A stretch of 64,000 nucleotides of DNA from an uncultured Candidatus Binatia bacterium (GTDB lineage: Bacteria > Desulfobacterota > Binatia > UBA9968 > JAJDTQ01): the NCBI GenBank assembly GCA_965215605.1, contig OZ244070.1:3616001-3680000 (forward strand). The letters run 5' to 3'. Within the stretch, counting starts at the first letter, position 1. Every line of letters starts with the position of its first letter. The translations under genes were made by a program, and so were the position numbers. Below the pieces are notes generated by a model, which was not told the DNA's origin, ran no database searches, and was given only the letters and a program-made list of their open reading frames with translations. Positions 9,849 to 17,751 of the stretch are shown piece after piece.

Positions 9849-10307
9849 ATGTCGATGCCAGATGTGGGGGACAAGGCCCCCGAGTTCAGCCTGCCGGTGT
9901 CCCGGGACGAGAAGGTGTCCCTGAGCGACTACGCGGGCAAGAAGAACGTCGTGTTGGCGTTCTATCCGCTGGATTTCACCGGCGGCTGAAAGCAGGAACT
10001 AACCAACTTCGAGGCTGACAAGGCCAGCTTCGAAGCCAAGGACGCTCAGGTTCTGAGCGTGAGTGTCGATTCGGTGTTCGCCCACAAGGCGTTTGCGGAG
10101 CAGATGGGCGGGATCAGCTTCCCGATGTTGTCGGATTTCTTTCCTCAGGGGGAGGTCTGCAAGCAGTACGACTGCCTGCGTCCCCAGGGCTTTCCCAAGA
10201 GAGCCGTCTTCATTATCGACAAGCAGGGGACCGTGCGGTATGCCAAGCTCTACGAGGGCGGCATCCCGGAGAACCAGGACCTGCTGGCCGAGCTCGACAA
10301 GCTCTAG
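9849..10307 (+). CDS. Selenocysteine-containing peroxiredoxin (AhpE-like AhpC/TSA family), 152 aa, UGA (Sec) at codon 47
   Basis: AAGGAG RBS then ATG 9849: [15 protein letters not shown]...[16 protein letters not shown](9987-9989)-KQELTNFE..., continuing in frame into ORF 10059..10307 ([24 protein letters not shown]). TGA is at the peroxidatic Cys position of PxxxTxxC. Confidence 0.88.
10007..10035 (+). promoter_or_regulatory. Candidate bacterial SECIS element
   Basis: CTTCGAGGCTG-ACAAGGC-CAGCTTCGAAG: 11-bp stem (one G:U) with G-containing loop, 17 nt after the in-frame UGA. Confidence 0.65.
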
Positions 10308-10334
10308 CCTCTCCGCGAGAGAGACGAAGGCTCG

Positions 10335-10370
10335 AACAGGGGGCGGCGCATGCGTCGTCCCCTGTTTCTG
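10335..10370 (+). terminator. Intrinsic terminator-like hairpin between the convergent prx and ygfZ-like genes
   Basis: AACAGGGGGCGGCGC/GCGTCGTCCCCTGTT stem followed by T-rich bases. Confidence 0.65.
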
Positions 10371-10436
10371 TCTGCGTCGGGGAAACCCGCCTTGAGGGCC
10401 GGCGGCCGTCTCGGGAATAGCCGGTGCGGCCGCGAT

Positions 10437-11498
10437 TCAGAAGGGCAGGGCGTGGACGACGGCAGGAAGCGCCGTGCCCCCGTGCCCGATGGCGAGGGTG
10501 CTGCCCGGCTCGACGAAGTCCCGGTGGACATAGCCGAGGGCGACGGGGCAGCGGCACCGGGGCGAGGCCGCGGCGCTGGTGACCCGGCCGATGCCCCGGT
10601 CGTCGTCGAGCAGCGGGTCGTCCCGGTCGGGCACGGTGCCGCCCTGAACCTTCAGGCCCACCAGCTTCCGGTTCACGCGGCCCCGGGAGTGAATGCGTTC
10701 CACCGTCTCCTGTCCCAGATAGCACCCCTTGGTGAAGCTGACGGCGCCGTCCAGGCCGGTTTCCAGCAGGAGCGTCTCGGCGTCCATGTCGACGCCGTAC
10801 CTGGGGATGCCCGCCTCGATTCTCAAGGTCTCCCGGGCGTCGAGCCCGATCCACGGGACGGCCCGGGCCGGCGCCAGCGCCGCCACGGCCGGCAGGCGGT
10901 CCCGGGAGGCTGCCAGGTCGAAGCCGGGTTCCCCGGTGTGGGTGGCCCGGATGACCCGGATCCGGCCGCCGGGGCCGTCGAACTCCCCGTGGCACAGGTC
11001 ATCGGCGGGCAACGAAGCACTCCCCAGGAGATCGGACAGCGCCGCCTTCGCCCGCGGCCCCTGGATGGATATCATCGCAAGCTCCGCGGAGAGGTCGGTG
11101 ATCTCCACCTCGTCGGCGATCAGGTAGCGGTTCAGGTGCTCCAGCACCCCCGGCGCCAGAGGTTCGCTCACGTCCAGGAGAAACGCGTCGGCGGTGCGGA
11201 AGACTCTCATGTCCGCCAGGATCTTGCCCTGGATGTTCAGCACCGCGGCCGGTGCGCCCTCGCCGTCCCGCAGGGCCTTGACGTCGTTGGACACCATGCC
11301 CTGGAGCCACTCGACGCTGTCCGGCCCGGCCACGGAGAGAAGGGTCCGGTCCGCCAGGTCGAGCCACCCTGCTCCGGAACGCACGGCTTCGTACTCGGCG
11401 CCCGGGTTGCCGAAGCGCGACGGCAGCCTCCACCCCTCGCGCTCGAGAAAGACCGCGCGGTTCTCTTTGTGGAAGTCGTCGAGGGGCGATATCTTCAT
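10437..11498 (-). CDS. ygfZ: YgfZ/GcvT-like folate-binding protein
   Basis: KGCYLGQE YgfZ signature; GcvT-like N-terminus SPLDDFH and RIEAGIP; start MKISP at 11498. Confidence 0.82.
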   Translation of the reverse strand: MKISPLDDFHKENRAVFLEREGWRLPSRFGNPGAEYEAVRSGAGWLDLADRTLLSVAGPDSVEWLQGMVSNDVKALRDGEGAPAAVLNIQGKILADMRVFRTADAFLLDVSEPLAPGVLEHLNRYLIADEVEITDLSAELAMISIQGPRAKAALSDLLGSASLPADDLCHGEFDGPGGRIRVIRATHTGEPGFDLAASRDRLPAVAALAPARAVPWIGLDARETLRIEAGIPRYGVDMDAETLLLETGLDGAVSFTKGCYLGQETVERIHSRGRVNRKLVGLKVQGGTVPDRDDPLLDDDRGIGRVTSAAASPRCRCPVALGYVHRDFVEPGSTLAIGHGGTALPAVVHALPF

Positions 11499-11564
11499 GG
11501 CGGGATTACAGTAACCGGGTTGGCGCCGCATGGCAATGGCTCCAACACAGGCGGGAGACGAACC

Positions 11565-12512
11565 ATGAGCAAGGCTTCAAGGGACCTGGATCTTCGCAAG
11601 CTCGAGGTCTTCTACTGGGTCGCGGAACTCCGCAGCTTCTCGCTGGCGGCGGAGCACTTCGCCCTCAGGCAGCCCACGGTGACCGCCCATGTCCAGTCCC
11701 TGGAGCGGCAACTGGGCTGCAAGCTCTTCCGGCGCTCCGGCGGCCGGTTCGATCTGACGTCCACGGGGTGGATGCTGTACGAACAGGCGGGCGCTGTGCT
11801 GAAGCTGAAGAACCAGGCGCTGGCGGCGCTGGACCGCATCCAGGGGAAAGTGGAGGGGGAACTGCGGATAGGAGGCAGCAACGTTCCCGGCGAGTACATC
11901 CTGCCGGGGGTGCTGGGGAACTTCGTGGCGCGGTTCCCGGATGTGCGGCCGGTGCTTCGCATCGGCGACTCCGCGGCCATCGTGGCCGCCATCCTCGACG
12001 GGACGCTGGAGCTGGGGTTCACCGGGTTCCGGACCCGCGACGAGCGATTGAGGTATCGCAAGACGTGGCAGGACGAGATGATCGTGGCGGTGCCCGCGAA
12101 CCATCGTTGGGCGGGCTTGAAGCAGGTGCCGCTCCAGGAACTCGGCAAGGAGCCGTTCATATCCCGGGAGGGCGGCTCCGGCACCCTGCGTTCGTTCCTG
12201 CAACTCGTGGCCAAGCGCGGGGAGGAGCCCGAACGGTTTCTCAAGGTGGGGATGGAGCTCGGCAGCACGGCGGCGGTCAAGGAGGCGCTCATGGAGGGAT
12301 TCGGCTTTTCCGTCCTTTCCCGCGCCGCCATCAGGCGGGAGGTCCAGCAGGGGCTCATCAAGGAGCTCCGCATCAAGGACCTGGACCTGGTGCGGCCCTT
12401 CTACCAAGTGACCCACCGCGGGCGCCCGCTGGCGCTGGTGTCGCGCGCGTTCGTGCAGTTCCTGGCCCGGGCGCCGCGCACCCGTCTATGGGAGCCCGTC
12501 CCTCATAGCTGA
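11565..12512 (+). CDS. LysR-family transcriptional regulator (CysL-like/selenium-metabolism-associated type)
   Basis: HTH LEVFYWVAELRSFSLAAEHFALRQPTVTAHVQSLE; effector domain GGSNVPGEYILP, REGGSGT, ELGSTAAVKEAL; true start 11565 inside the 720-aa ORF. Confidence 0.9.
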   Translation: MSKASRDLDLRKLEVFYWVAELRSFSLAAEHFALRQPTVTAHVQSLERQLGCKLFRRSGGRFDLTSTGWMLYEQAGAVLKLKNQALAALDRIQGKVEGELRIGGSNVPGEYILPGVLGNFVARFPDVRPVLRIGDSAAIVAAILDGTLELGFTGFRTRDERLRYRKTWQDEMIVAVPANHRWAGLKQVPLQELGKEPFISREGGSGTLRSFLQLVAKRGEEPERFLKVGMELGSTAAVKEALMEGFGFSVLSRAAIRREVQQGLIKELRIKDLDLVRPFYQVTHRGRPLALVSRAFVQFLARAPRTRLWEPVPHS

Positions 12513-12548
12513 GGTCTATTTGACATATAGTTCTCCTTGATATCCAAT
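12505..12548 (+). promoter_or_regulatory. Sigma70 promoter of the ABC operon overlapped by LysR-type T-N11-A boxes
   Basis: TTGACA (12520-25)-N17-TCCAAT; ATAG-N7-CTAT (12505-19) and ATAG-N7-TGAT (12527-41). Confidence 0.65.
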
Positions 12549-12576
12549 CAATCGAAACTGCTTTCGGGAGGTAAGG

Positions 12577-13440
12577 ATGAGAGGAAAACCGGTTTGGCTG
12601 TCTGGTCTGTTGGCGTTGGTGGTCTGGATGGTGTGGGGGGTCGCGGCCGCGGACACGTTGCGGGTCTCCGCGATTCCGGACGAGGACCCCCAGGAATTGT
12701 TGCGCAAGTACAAGCCCTTTACCGACTACATCACCAGAGAGGTGGGGCTGAAGGTCAAGTTCGTTCCGGTGGTGGACTATGCGGCCACCGTGGAGGGTTT
12801 GGCCGCCGACCGGCTGGATATCGTCTGGTACGGCGGCTTCACCTCGGTTCAGGCCGTCCAGCGGGCCAAGGGGGCCACGAGGCTGGCCATGCGCAAGGAG
12901 GACGCGAGCTTCAAGAGCGTCTTCGTCGCCCGTACCGATTCCGGCATCAAGAACCTGGCGGATCTCAAGGGCAAGACCTTCGCCTTCGGCAGCGTGAGCT
13001 CCACCTCCGGCCACCTCATGCCGCGTCACTTCCTCAGGGCGGCGGGGGTCGATCCGGAGCGGGACTTCAAGAAGTTCGGCTTCAGCGGCGCCCATGATGC
13101 CACCGCCGCCTGGGTAGCGGCCGGGCGGGTGGACGCCGGCGCGCTCAACTTCCTGGTGTGGAACAAGCTGGTGGACAAGGCAAAGGTCGACACGAAGAAG
13201 ACGAACGTGTTTTGGACCACGCCGCCCTACGTGGACTACGTCTGGGTGGCCCGTGGCGGGGTGCCCGAGGAAGTCCGGGAGAAGTTCAGGCAGGCGCTGC
13301 TGAAGCTCGACTACACGAACCCCGAGCACCGGGAGATCATGGATCTTCAACGTACACGGAAGTTCATTGCGGCCAAGGACTCGGATTGGGACGGCATCCG
13401 GAAGGCGGCCATCGCCGCCGGCATGCTCAAGGTCAATTGA
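12577..13440 (+). CDS. PhnD-like ABC substrate-binding protein, resembles the putative selenate-binding clade
   Basis: Signal peptide; LRVSAIPDEDPQEL, DYAATVE, WYGGFT, FGSVSSTSGHLMP, FSGAHDATA, WTTPPYVDYVW. Confidence 0.85.
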   Translation: MRGKPVWLSGLLALVVWMVWGVAAADTLRVSAIPDEDPQELLRKYKPFTDYITREVGLKVKFVPVVDYAATVEGLAADRLDIVWYGGFTSVQAVQRAKGATRLAMRKEDASFKSVFVARTDSGIKNLADLKGKTFAFGSVSSTSGHLMPRHFLRAAGVDPERDFKKFGFSGAHDATAAWVAAGRVDAGALNFLVWNKLVDKAKVDTKKTNVFWTTPPYVDYVWVARGGVPEEVREKFRQALLKLDYTNPEHREIMDLQRTRKFIAAKDSDWDGIRKAAIAAGMLKVN

Positions 13441-14249
13441 CGAGCTCGCCGCAATATCGCCTGGAGCGCGTCCGCAAGGTGTTCGGGCGTGGGCAGGTGG
13501 CGCTGGAAGGGTTCGACCTGCAAGTGGCCCAGGGCGAGCGGGTGGCCCTCATCGGCCCCAGCGGCGCCGGCAAGACCACGCTCTTCCGCATGCTCAACTG
13601 CACCATCCGTCCCACCGCCGGACGCCTGAGCATCGGCGGGCAGGAGGTGGCGGAGTTGTACGGCCGGCGGCTGCGGGAGATGCGCCGCCGCATCGGCACC
13701 ATCTACCAGCAGCACAACCTGGTGCCGCGGCTCCGGGTGGTCCACAATGTCCTCTCCGGCCGGTTGGGAAGCTGGTCCCTGTTGGGCTCCCTGGCCTCGC
13801 TGGCGCGGCCCGCGGGGCTGGAGACCGCCCACCGGGCCCTGACCGACGTCGGCATCGGCGAGAAGCTCTTCAGCCGCACCGATGAGCTCTCCGGGGGCCA
13901 GCAGCAGCGGGTGGCCATCGCGCGGGTGTTGATGCAGGACCCCGACGTGATCCTGGCCGACGAGCCGGTGTCGTCGGTGGACCCCTCCCTGGCCGAGACC
14001 ATCATCAGGCTTCTCATCGCCATCAGCGACCATACCGGCAAGACGCTGCTGGTCAACCTTCACAGCACCGACCTGGCGCTGTCGTATTTTCCCAGGGTCA
14101 TCGGCATGAAGGCGGGGGTCAAGCTGTTCGATACCGCCGCTGCCCGGGTGACCCCGGAGCTTCTGCAGGAGCTTTACTCCGGCCATGTCCCGGAAAACGG
14201 CGCCGGCGAATCCTCGGGGGAACCGGAGCCGCGCCGCATCGCGGTCTAG
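13437..14249 (+). CDS. PhnC-like ABC ATP-binding protein
   Basis: TTG start overlapping the SBP stop; [32 protein letters not shown]. Confidence 0.92.
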   Translation: MTSSPQYRLERVRKVFGRGQVALEGFDLQVAQGERVALIGPSGAGKTTLFRMLNCTIRPTAGRLSIGGQEVAELYGRRLREMRRRIGTIYQQHNLVPRLRVVHNVLSGRLGSWSLLGSLASLARPAGLETAHRALTDVGIGEKLFSRTDELSGGQQQRVAIARVLMQDPDVILADEPVSSVDPSLAETIIRLLIAISDHTGKTLLVNLHSTDLALSYFPRVIGMKAGVKLFDTAAARVTPELLQELYSGHVPENGAGESSGEPEPRRIAV

Positions 14250-14259
14250 CCCGGCGTCC

Positions 14260-15105
14260 ATGAGCCTCCCATCCAGGACGCTGGGCTCGCGGTCGATTTT
14301 TCCCTACCTGTTCGGCGGGCTGTTCCTCTTCCTGGTGGCGGATAGTTGGCGCCGCGCCGAGGTAAACCCCGGGATCTTCTTCGACGCCCAGGGCCGGGAG
14401 CACCTGTGGCGGTTCGTCACCGGCATGTACCCGCCGGAGCTCTCTTGGGACTTCCTGGAGCTCATGATCCGGCCCACCATGGAGACCATCCAGATCTCGG
14501 TGATGGGCACCCTCATCGCCGTGCTCATCGGCTTTCCGCTGGGACTGCTGGCCACCAGCACCTTCAGCTTCCAGGGCATCCTCCACGAGTCCGAGTACCG
14601 TGGCAGCGGCGTGAGACACGGCCTCAAGGTCTGTCTCTACGGTCTGGCGCGGGGCCTGTTGAGCCTCTTCCGCTGCATCCCGGAGTTCGTGTGGGCCTTC
14701 ATGTTCGTGCGCGCGGTGGGCTTGGGGCCGTTTCCCGGCGTGCTGGCCATCGGGGTGGCCTACGGCGGGATGCTGGGCAAGGTCTACTCCGAGATATTCG
14801 AGTCGGTGAACACCCGGCCGCTGGAGGCCATCCAGTCTACCGGCGCCGGGCGGCTGCAGATCTTCTTCTACGGCTGGTTCCCGCAGGTGCTGCCCAACAT
14901 CGCCTCGTACACGATGTACCGGTGGGAATGCGCGGTGCGGACCTCGGCCATCCTGGGCCTGGTGGGAGCAGGCGGCATCGGCCAGCAGATCGAGATCTCC
15001 ATCCGGATGTTCAACTTCCACGAGGTCACCACCCTGCTGCTGATCCTGTTCGCGCTGGTGGCGGGGGCGGACTACGTGAGCGCCAGGGTGCGGTCGTTGC
15101 TATGA
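14260..15105 (+). CDS. PhnE/PtxC-family ABC permease 1
   Basis: ETIQISVMGT, RCIPEFVWA, GLGPFPGVLA, YRWECAVRTSAILGLVGAGGIG. Confidence 0.9.
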   Translation: MSLPSRTLGSRSIFPYLFGGLFLFLVADSWRRAEVNPGIFFDAQGREHLWRFVTGMYPPELSWDFLELMIRPTMETIQISVMGTLIAVLIGFPLGLLATSTFSFQGILHESEYRGSGVRHGLKVCLYGLARGLLSLFRCIPEFVWAFMFVRAVGLGPFPGVLAIGVAYGGMLGKVYSEIFESVNTRPLEAIQSTGAGRLQIFFYGWFPQVLPNIASYTMYRWECAVRTSAILGLVGAGGIGQQIEISIRMFNFHEVTTLLLILFALVAGADYVSARVRSLL

Positions 15106-15977
15106 ATCAGGCGGTCACCACCACCGACGAGCTGGCCGCCCTCAAGGCCGGCGCCCGCGAACGGTCGCGATGGTCCACCTGTGTCCTGTTGGGGTTGCTG
15201 GCGGCGCTCTTCGCCTGGAGCTACCAGGGGTCGGAGATCGACCTCGGCATGCTCTTCAGCGCCGACGGCGGCGGCGCCATCGTCGAGTACGTCGAGCGGC
15301 TGTTTCCCCCGGACCTCTCGGGCAAGGTGGTGGCGGATGCCGTGGCCGGCGCCTGGGAGACCCTGGCCATCTCGTTGATCGGCACCCTGCTGTCGGTGCT
15401 CATCGCACTGTCTCTGGCCTTCTTCGGGTCGCGCAACCTCGTGTACGCCGGGCTGCTCTACGAGATGGAACCCCGGCGCCATCGAATGCTGCTGCGGCGC
15501 CTTCCGTACCTCACGGCCAAGGCCATCCTCAACTTCCTGCGCACCATCCCGGAGATGCTGTGGGCGCTGGTGTTCGTGTTCCTGGTAGGGCTCGGCCCCT
15601 TTCCCGGCGTGCTGGCACTGGGAGTGCATACCGGCGGCGTGCTGGGAAAGCTGTTCGCGGAAGTGCTGGAAGACGTGGACCTGCAGCCCGTCGAGTCGCT
15701 GCAGTCCACCGGCGCCGGCAAGATCCAGATCCTCTTCTACGCCATCCTGCCCCAGGTGCTGCCCCAGTTCATCTCCTACACGCTGTACCGCTGGGAGGTG
15801 AACATCCGCGTGGCCGCGGTGCTGGGCTTCGTGGGCGCCGGCGGGCTGGGCCAGCGCATCCACATCGCCTTGAGCCTGTTCCTCGAGCAACAGCTCCTGA
15901 CGCTGCTCCTGGCCCTCTACGTGCTGGTGACGGGGGTGGACTACCTGAGCGCCTACCTGCGGCGCCGGGTGGTGTGA
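15102..15977 (+). CDS. PhnE/PtxC-family ABC permease 2
   Basis: ATGA overlap with permease 1; RTIPEMLWA, YRWEVNIRVAAVLGFVGAGGLG. Confidence 0.9.
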   Translation: MNQAVTTTDELAALKAGARERSRWSTCVLLGLLAALFAWSYQGSEIDLGMLFSADGGGAIVEYVERLFPPDLSGKVVADAVAGAWETLAISLIGTLLSVLIALSLAFFGSRNLVYAGLLYEMEPRRHRMLLRRLPYLTAKAILNFLRTIPEMLWALVFVFLVGLGPFPGVLALGVHTGGVLGKLFAEVLEDVDLQPVESLQSTGAGKIQILFYAILPQVLPQFISYTLYRWEVNIRVAAVLGFVGAGGLGQRIHIALSLFLEQQLLTLLLALYVLVTGVDYLSAYLRRRVV

Positions 15978-16023
15978 CGCCCTGGCCTCGGGCGGTGCTT
16001 CCAAAGGCCGTGGCAAGTCGCTT

Positions 16024-17058
16024 TCAGGGCCGTACCACTACCTTCAGGGCTTCCTTGGCCATCATCGACCGCAGCGCTTTCTCAAGGTCCTGGAGCGGCA
16101 TCTCGGCGGACAGCAGGGGCCGCGGGTCCAGCACCTTCCGGGTCAGCATCTCCACGGCTCGCGATACCGTGGCCGGACGATGATGGTAGGCGCCCATGAC
16201 GGTGAGCTCGTTGTAGTGGACCGAAGCGGTGTCCAGCGGAATCGTCGTCCCGGGCGCGCAGCCGCCGAAGAGATTGACCACCCCTCCGGGGCGCACGCAG
16301 GCCACCGCATCCTGCCACACCGCGGGCACCCCGGTGGCGTCGATGGCGCAATCGAAGCCGTCGCCGTCTCGTGAATGAGGCCGAAGACGCTTCGCCTCCC
16401 CGCCGCCCCGAGCCACTTCCACGGTATCCTGCGCGCCCAGGGTGCGTGCTACATCGAGCCGCCGCGGATTGGGGTCCGCGGTCGCGACGCGATGGCCTTG
16501 GGCCGCCAGCGCGGCCGTCAGCAACAGCCCGATGGGACCGGCTCCGTAGACCAGCACCTCAGCGCCGTCGCCGAGCCCGCAGGCGTCGATCCCGTGAACG
16601 ACGCAAGCCAGCGGCTCCACCAGTGCGGCCACTTCGTAGGGGAGGTCCGGGTCGAGGCGATGGGTGCTGGCTTCGACGAACCGCCGGGGAATCCGGATGT
16701 ACTCGGCGAATGCGCCGTTGAGATACTCGAGGTCCCGGCACAGGTTCTCACGCCCCGCCACGCAGTATGGGCAGAGACCGCAAGGCGCCGAGTTGGCCAC
16801 CACCACCCGGTCCCCCAGCTCGTACCCGCTCACCCCCGCGCCCAACGCCTCCACCGAACCCGCGAACTCGTGCCCGAAAGGCGTCGGCACCCGCAGCATC
16901 CGCGGATGCCCGCCCCGCCGGAACACCTTGACATCCGTCCCACAGGTGGTAGCCGCCCGGACCCGCACCAGCAACTCCCCCTCGCCGGGCGCAGGCACGG
17001 GTTCTTCCCGCAATTCGATGTGCGCGGGGCCGAGCAGATATATGACCCGGTGTTTCAT
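16024..17058 (-). CDS. Zinc-dependent medium-chain alcohol/polyol dehydrogenase
   Basis: CGTD, GHEFAG, structural Zn CGLCPYC...C, GAGPIG. Confidence 0.92.
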   Translation of the reverse strand: MKHRVIYLLGPAHIELREEPVPAPGEGELLVRVRAATTCGTDVKVFRRGGHPRMLRVPTPFGHEFAGSVEALGAGVSGYELGDRVVVANSAPCGLCPYCVAGRENLCRDLEYLNGAFAEYIRIPRRFVEASTHRLDPDLPYEVAALVEPLACVVHGIDACGLGDGAEVLVYGAGPIGLLLTAALAAQGHRVATADPNPRRLDVARTLGAQDTVEVARGGGEAKRLRPHSRDGDGFDCAIDATGVPAVWQDAVACVRPGGVVNLFGGCAPGTTIPLDTASVHYNELTVMGAYHHRPATVSRAVEMLTRKVLDPRPLLSAEMPLQDLEKALRSMMAKEALKVVVRP

Positions 17059-17209
17059 GGAGATGGACGTGCAGCGAGGCGTCCTCCCGGCGTAACACTT
17101 ATGAAATGGAACAGGCAAACGGGTTCAGGGCGGGGGATGCCTTCCACGCGGGCCGGCCCGAGTTTCCAAGCCGTGGCGGGCGTGTTAGGCTGAAAGCTCG
17201 ACAGTCTGC

Positions 17210-17299
17210 GGAGAGGTGGCCGAGTCCGGTTGAAGGCGCCTGACTCGAAATCAGGTTTACCTACGGGTAACGGGGGTTCGAATCCCTCCCTCTCCGCCA
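17210..17299 (+). tRNA. tRNA-Ser(CGA)
   Basis: GGAGAGG/CCTCTCC acceptor stem, anticodon arm CCTGA-CTCGAAA-TCAGG, long variable arm, GGTTCGAATCC, encoded CCA. Confidence 0.95.
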
Positions 17300-17534
17300 A
17301 ATCATTCAGTGCCCGCAACATTCTGGACGACAGCGACCATGATCTTGCCGTGTCACCTTCAAGAGGCGGAAGCCTTTGTGGAAACCGTGGCCGCCTTCTT
17401 CAGGAACGAAGGCATCAGTTTCTGAGCGCGGAGCCGAAACCAATCCGGTTCGGAAACGGTGCCCGTGTTGCTGGTTGTAGCCACGAAAATCTGTTAGACA
17501 CAGATTCCCGCCCAAGCCGATACGGCTGGCGGCC

Positions 17535-17665
17535 GGGATGTTGATTGCTGGCAGTCGGGTCCCGTGCAAGTGGGTCCCGCAAACCCCGTCAGGTCCGGAA
17601 GGAAGCAGCGGTAGCGGACCGCCCCTGTGCCACGGGGAAGCCTGGCTGTCGGCAATGAGCATCCC
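17535..17665 (+). ncRNA. ffs: Signal recognition particle RNA (ffs); ends approximate
   Basis: Helix 8 CCCCGTCAGGTCCGGAAGGAAGCAGCGG with GGAA tetraloop; long enclosing stem; upstream of dnaX. Confidence 0.93.
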
Positions 17666-17751
17666 GCCGCGGAGCGCTCCGGGTGCGGACTCGCGGCGGA
17701 GAATTCAATTCCTGATGTCGGCCGGAAGGCCCCTCGGCGGCCCTTAACGTC

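Noticed and set aside
9818-10307. ORFs 9818..10018 and 10059..10307 as separate genes or a pseudogene
   Set aside because: The first is out of frame with no recognisable family; the second is the C-terminal half of the UGA-readthrough peroxiredoxin.
10350-12512. 720-aa LysR fusion
   Set aside because: The N-terminal ~405 aa are mostly the antisense shadow of ygfZ; the LysR HTH starts at 11565.
12577-15977. Phosphonate (C-P lyase) or phosphite oxidation operon
   Set aside because: No phnG-M or ptxD in the window and no obvious Pho box; a phosphorus substrate cannot be fully excluded.
17210-17299. tRNA-Sec, given the long tRNA near selenium genes
   Set aside because: Anticodon CGA and a 7-bp acceptor stem indicate tRNA-Ser.
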